From positions 88,474,001 through 88,538,000 of the forward strand of contig NC_042997.1 in assembly GCF_006345805.1 (NCBI RefSeq): a stretch of 64,000 nucleotides of DNA. Reading direction: 5' to 3'. The stretch is from Octopus sinensis (taxonomy: Eukaryota). Positions 63,856 to 64,000 of this stretch are shown here, piece after piece (the first letter of the stretch is position 1; the number at the start of each line of letters is the position of its first letter). A program made the position numbers and the translations under genes. Below the pieces are notes generated by a model. It saw nothing but the letters and a program-made list of their open reading frames with translations. It was not told where the DNA came from and made no database searches.

Positions 63856-64000
63856 ACAATGATAGCTCAATAAGTAGTATCCGCATGCAGAAAGCTTCCT
63901 TACTTGCTGCCCACTTTGTATCCAACTCCACATTATACACCTTTGGCCAAACTCTGCCAAATCTATCCCTTTCCACTCCTCCAGGCTCACCACTTCATGT
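63856..64000 (+). mobile_element. Probable CR1/L2/Jockey-group LINE ORF2 EN-RT linker fragment, running off the window
   Basis: The open frame NDSSISSIRMQKASLLAAHFVSNSTLYTFGQTLP resembles the KAxLxAxxFxxNSTL linker motif of such LINEs. Confidence 0.45.

Noticed and set aside
63856-64000. Strong acceptor plus open frame as a host exon joining 48662-48709
   Set aside because: The splice phase is incompatible without an intermediate exon, and the peptide better resembles a LINE EN-RT linker.

Overview
AT-rich, microsatellite-rich animal genomic DNA. The SINE/LINE repertoire and TTAGGG-type repeats suggest an octopus or other coleoid cephalopod (inference, not database-checked). Two host genes are supported and lie tail-to-tail about 9 kb apart. 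One is a 5-exon atypical dual-specificity phosphatase of the DUSP22/DUSP15 type (+ strand, 5892-13998, 216 aa from MGSGMSK, catalytic HCLSGVSRS). The other is an intronless WRAP73/WDR8 (- strand, 23103-24449, 448 aa). The rest is mostly transposon debris: tRNA-derived SINEs with clear TSDs, RTE, Tx1/L1-like and CR1/L2-like LINE fragments, Penelope-like RT and terminal modules, a Buster-type hAT fragment, two internally deleted Tc1/mariner elements and TTAA-type MITEs. The most notable observations are: (i) a SINE whose 3' tail matches the 3' end of a Tx1/L1-like LINE in the same window, while sister SINEs carry a different tail; (ii) a ~32-unit minisatellite grown out of an RTE 3' UTR motif; (iii) two long near-perfect palindromes and repeated hammerhead-core-like motifs in Penelope-type modules; (iv) a Penelope RT joined to a foldback element with a central TTAGGG array and a ~403-bp direct duplication; (v) an in-frame upstream ATG that would mask the DUSP22 myristoylation signal. 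No prokaryote-type systems, CRISPR arrays, rRNA or intact tRNA genes were seen.
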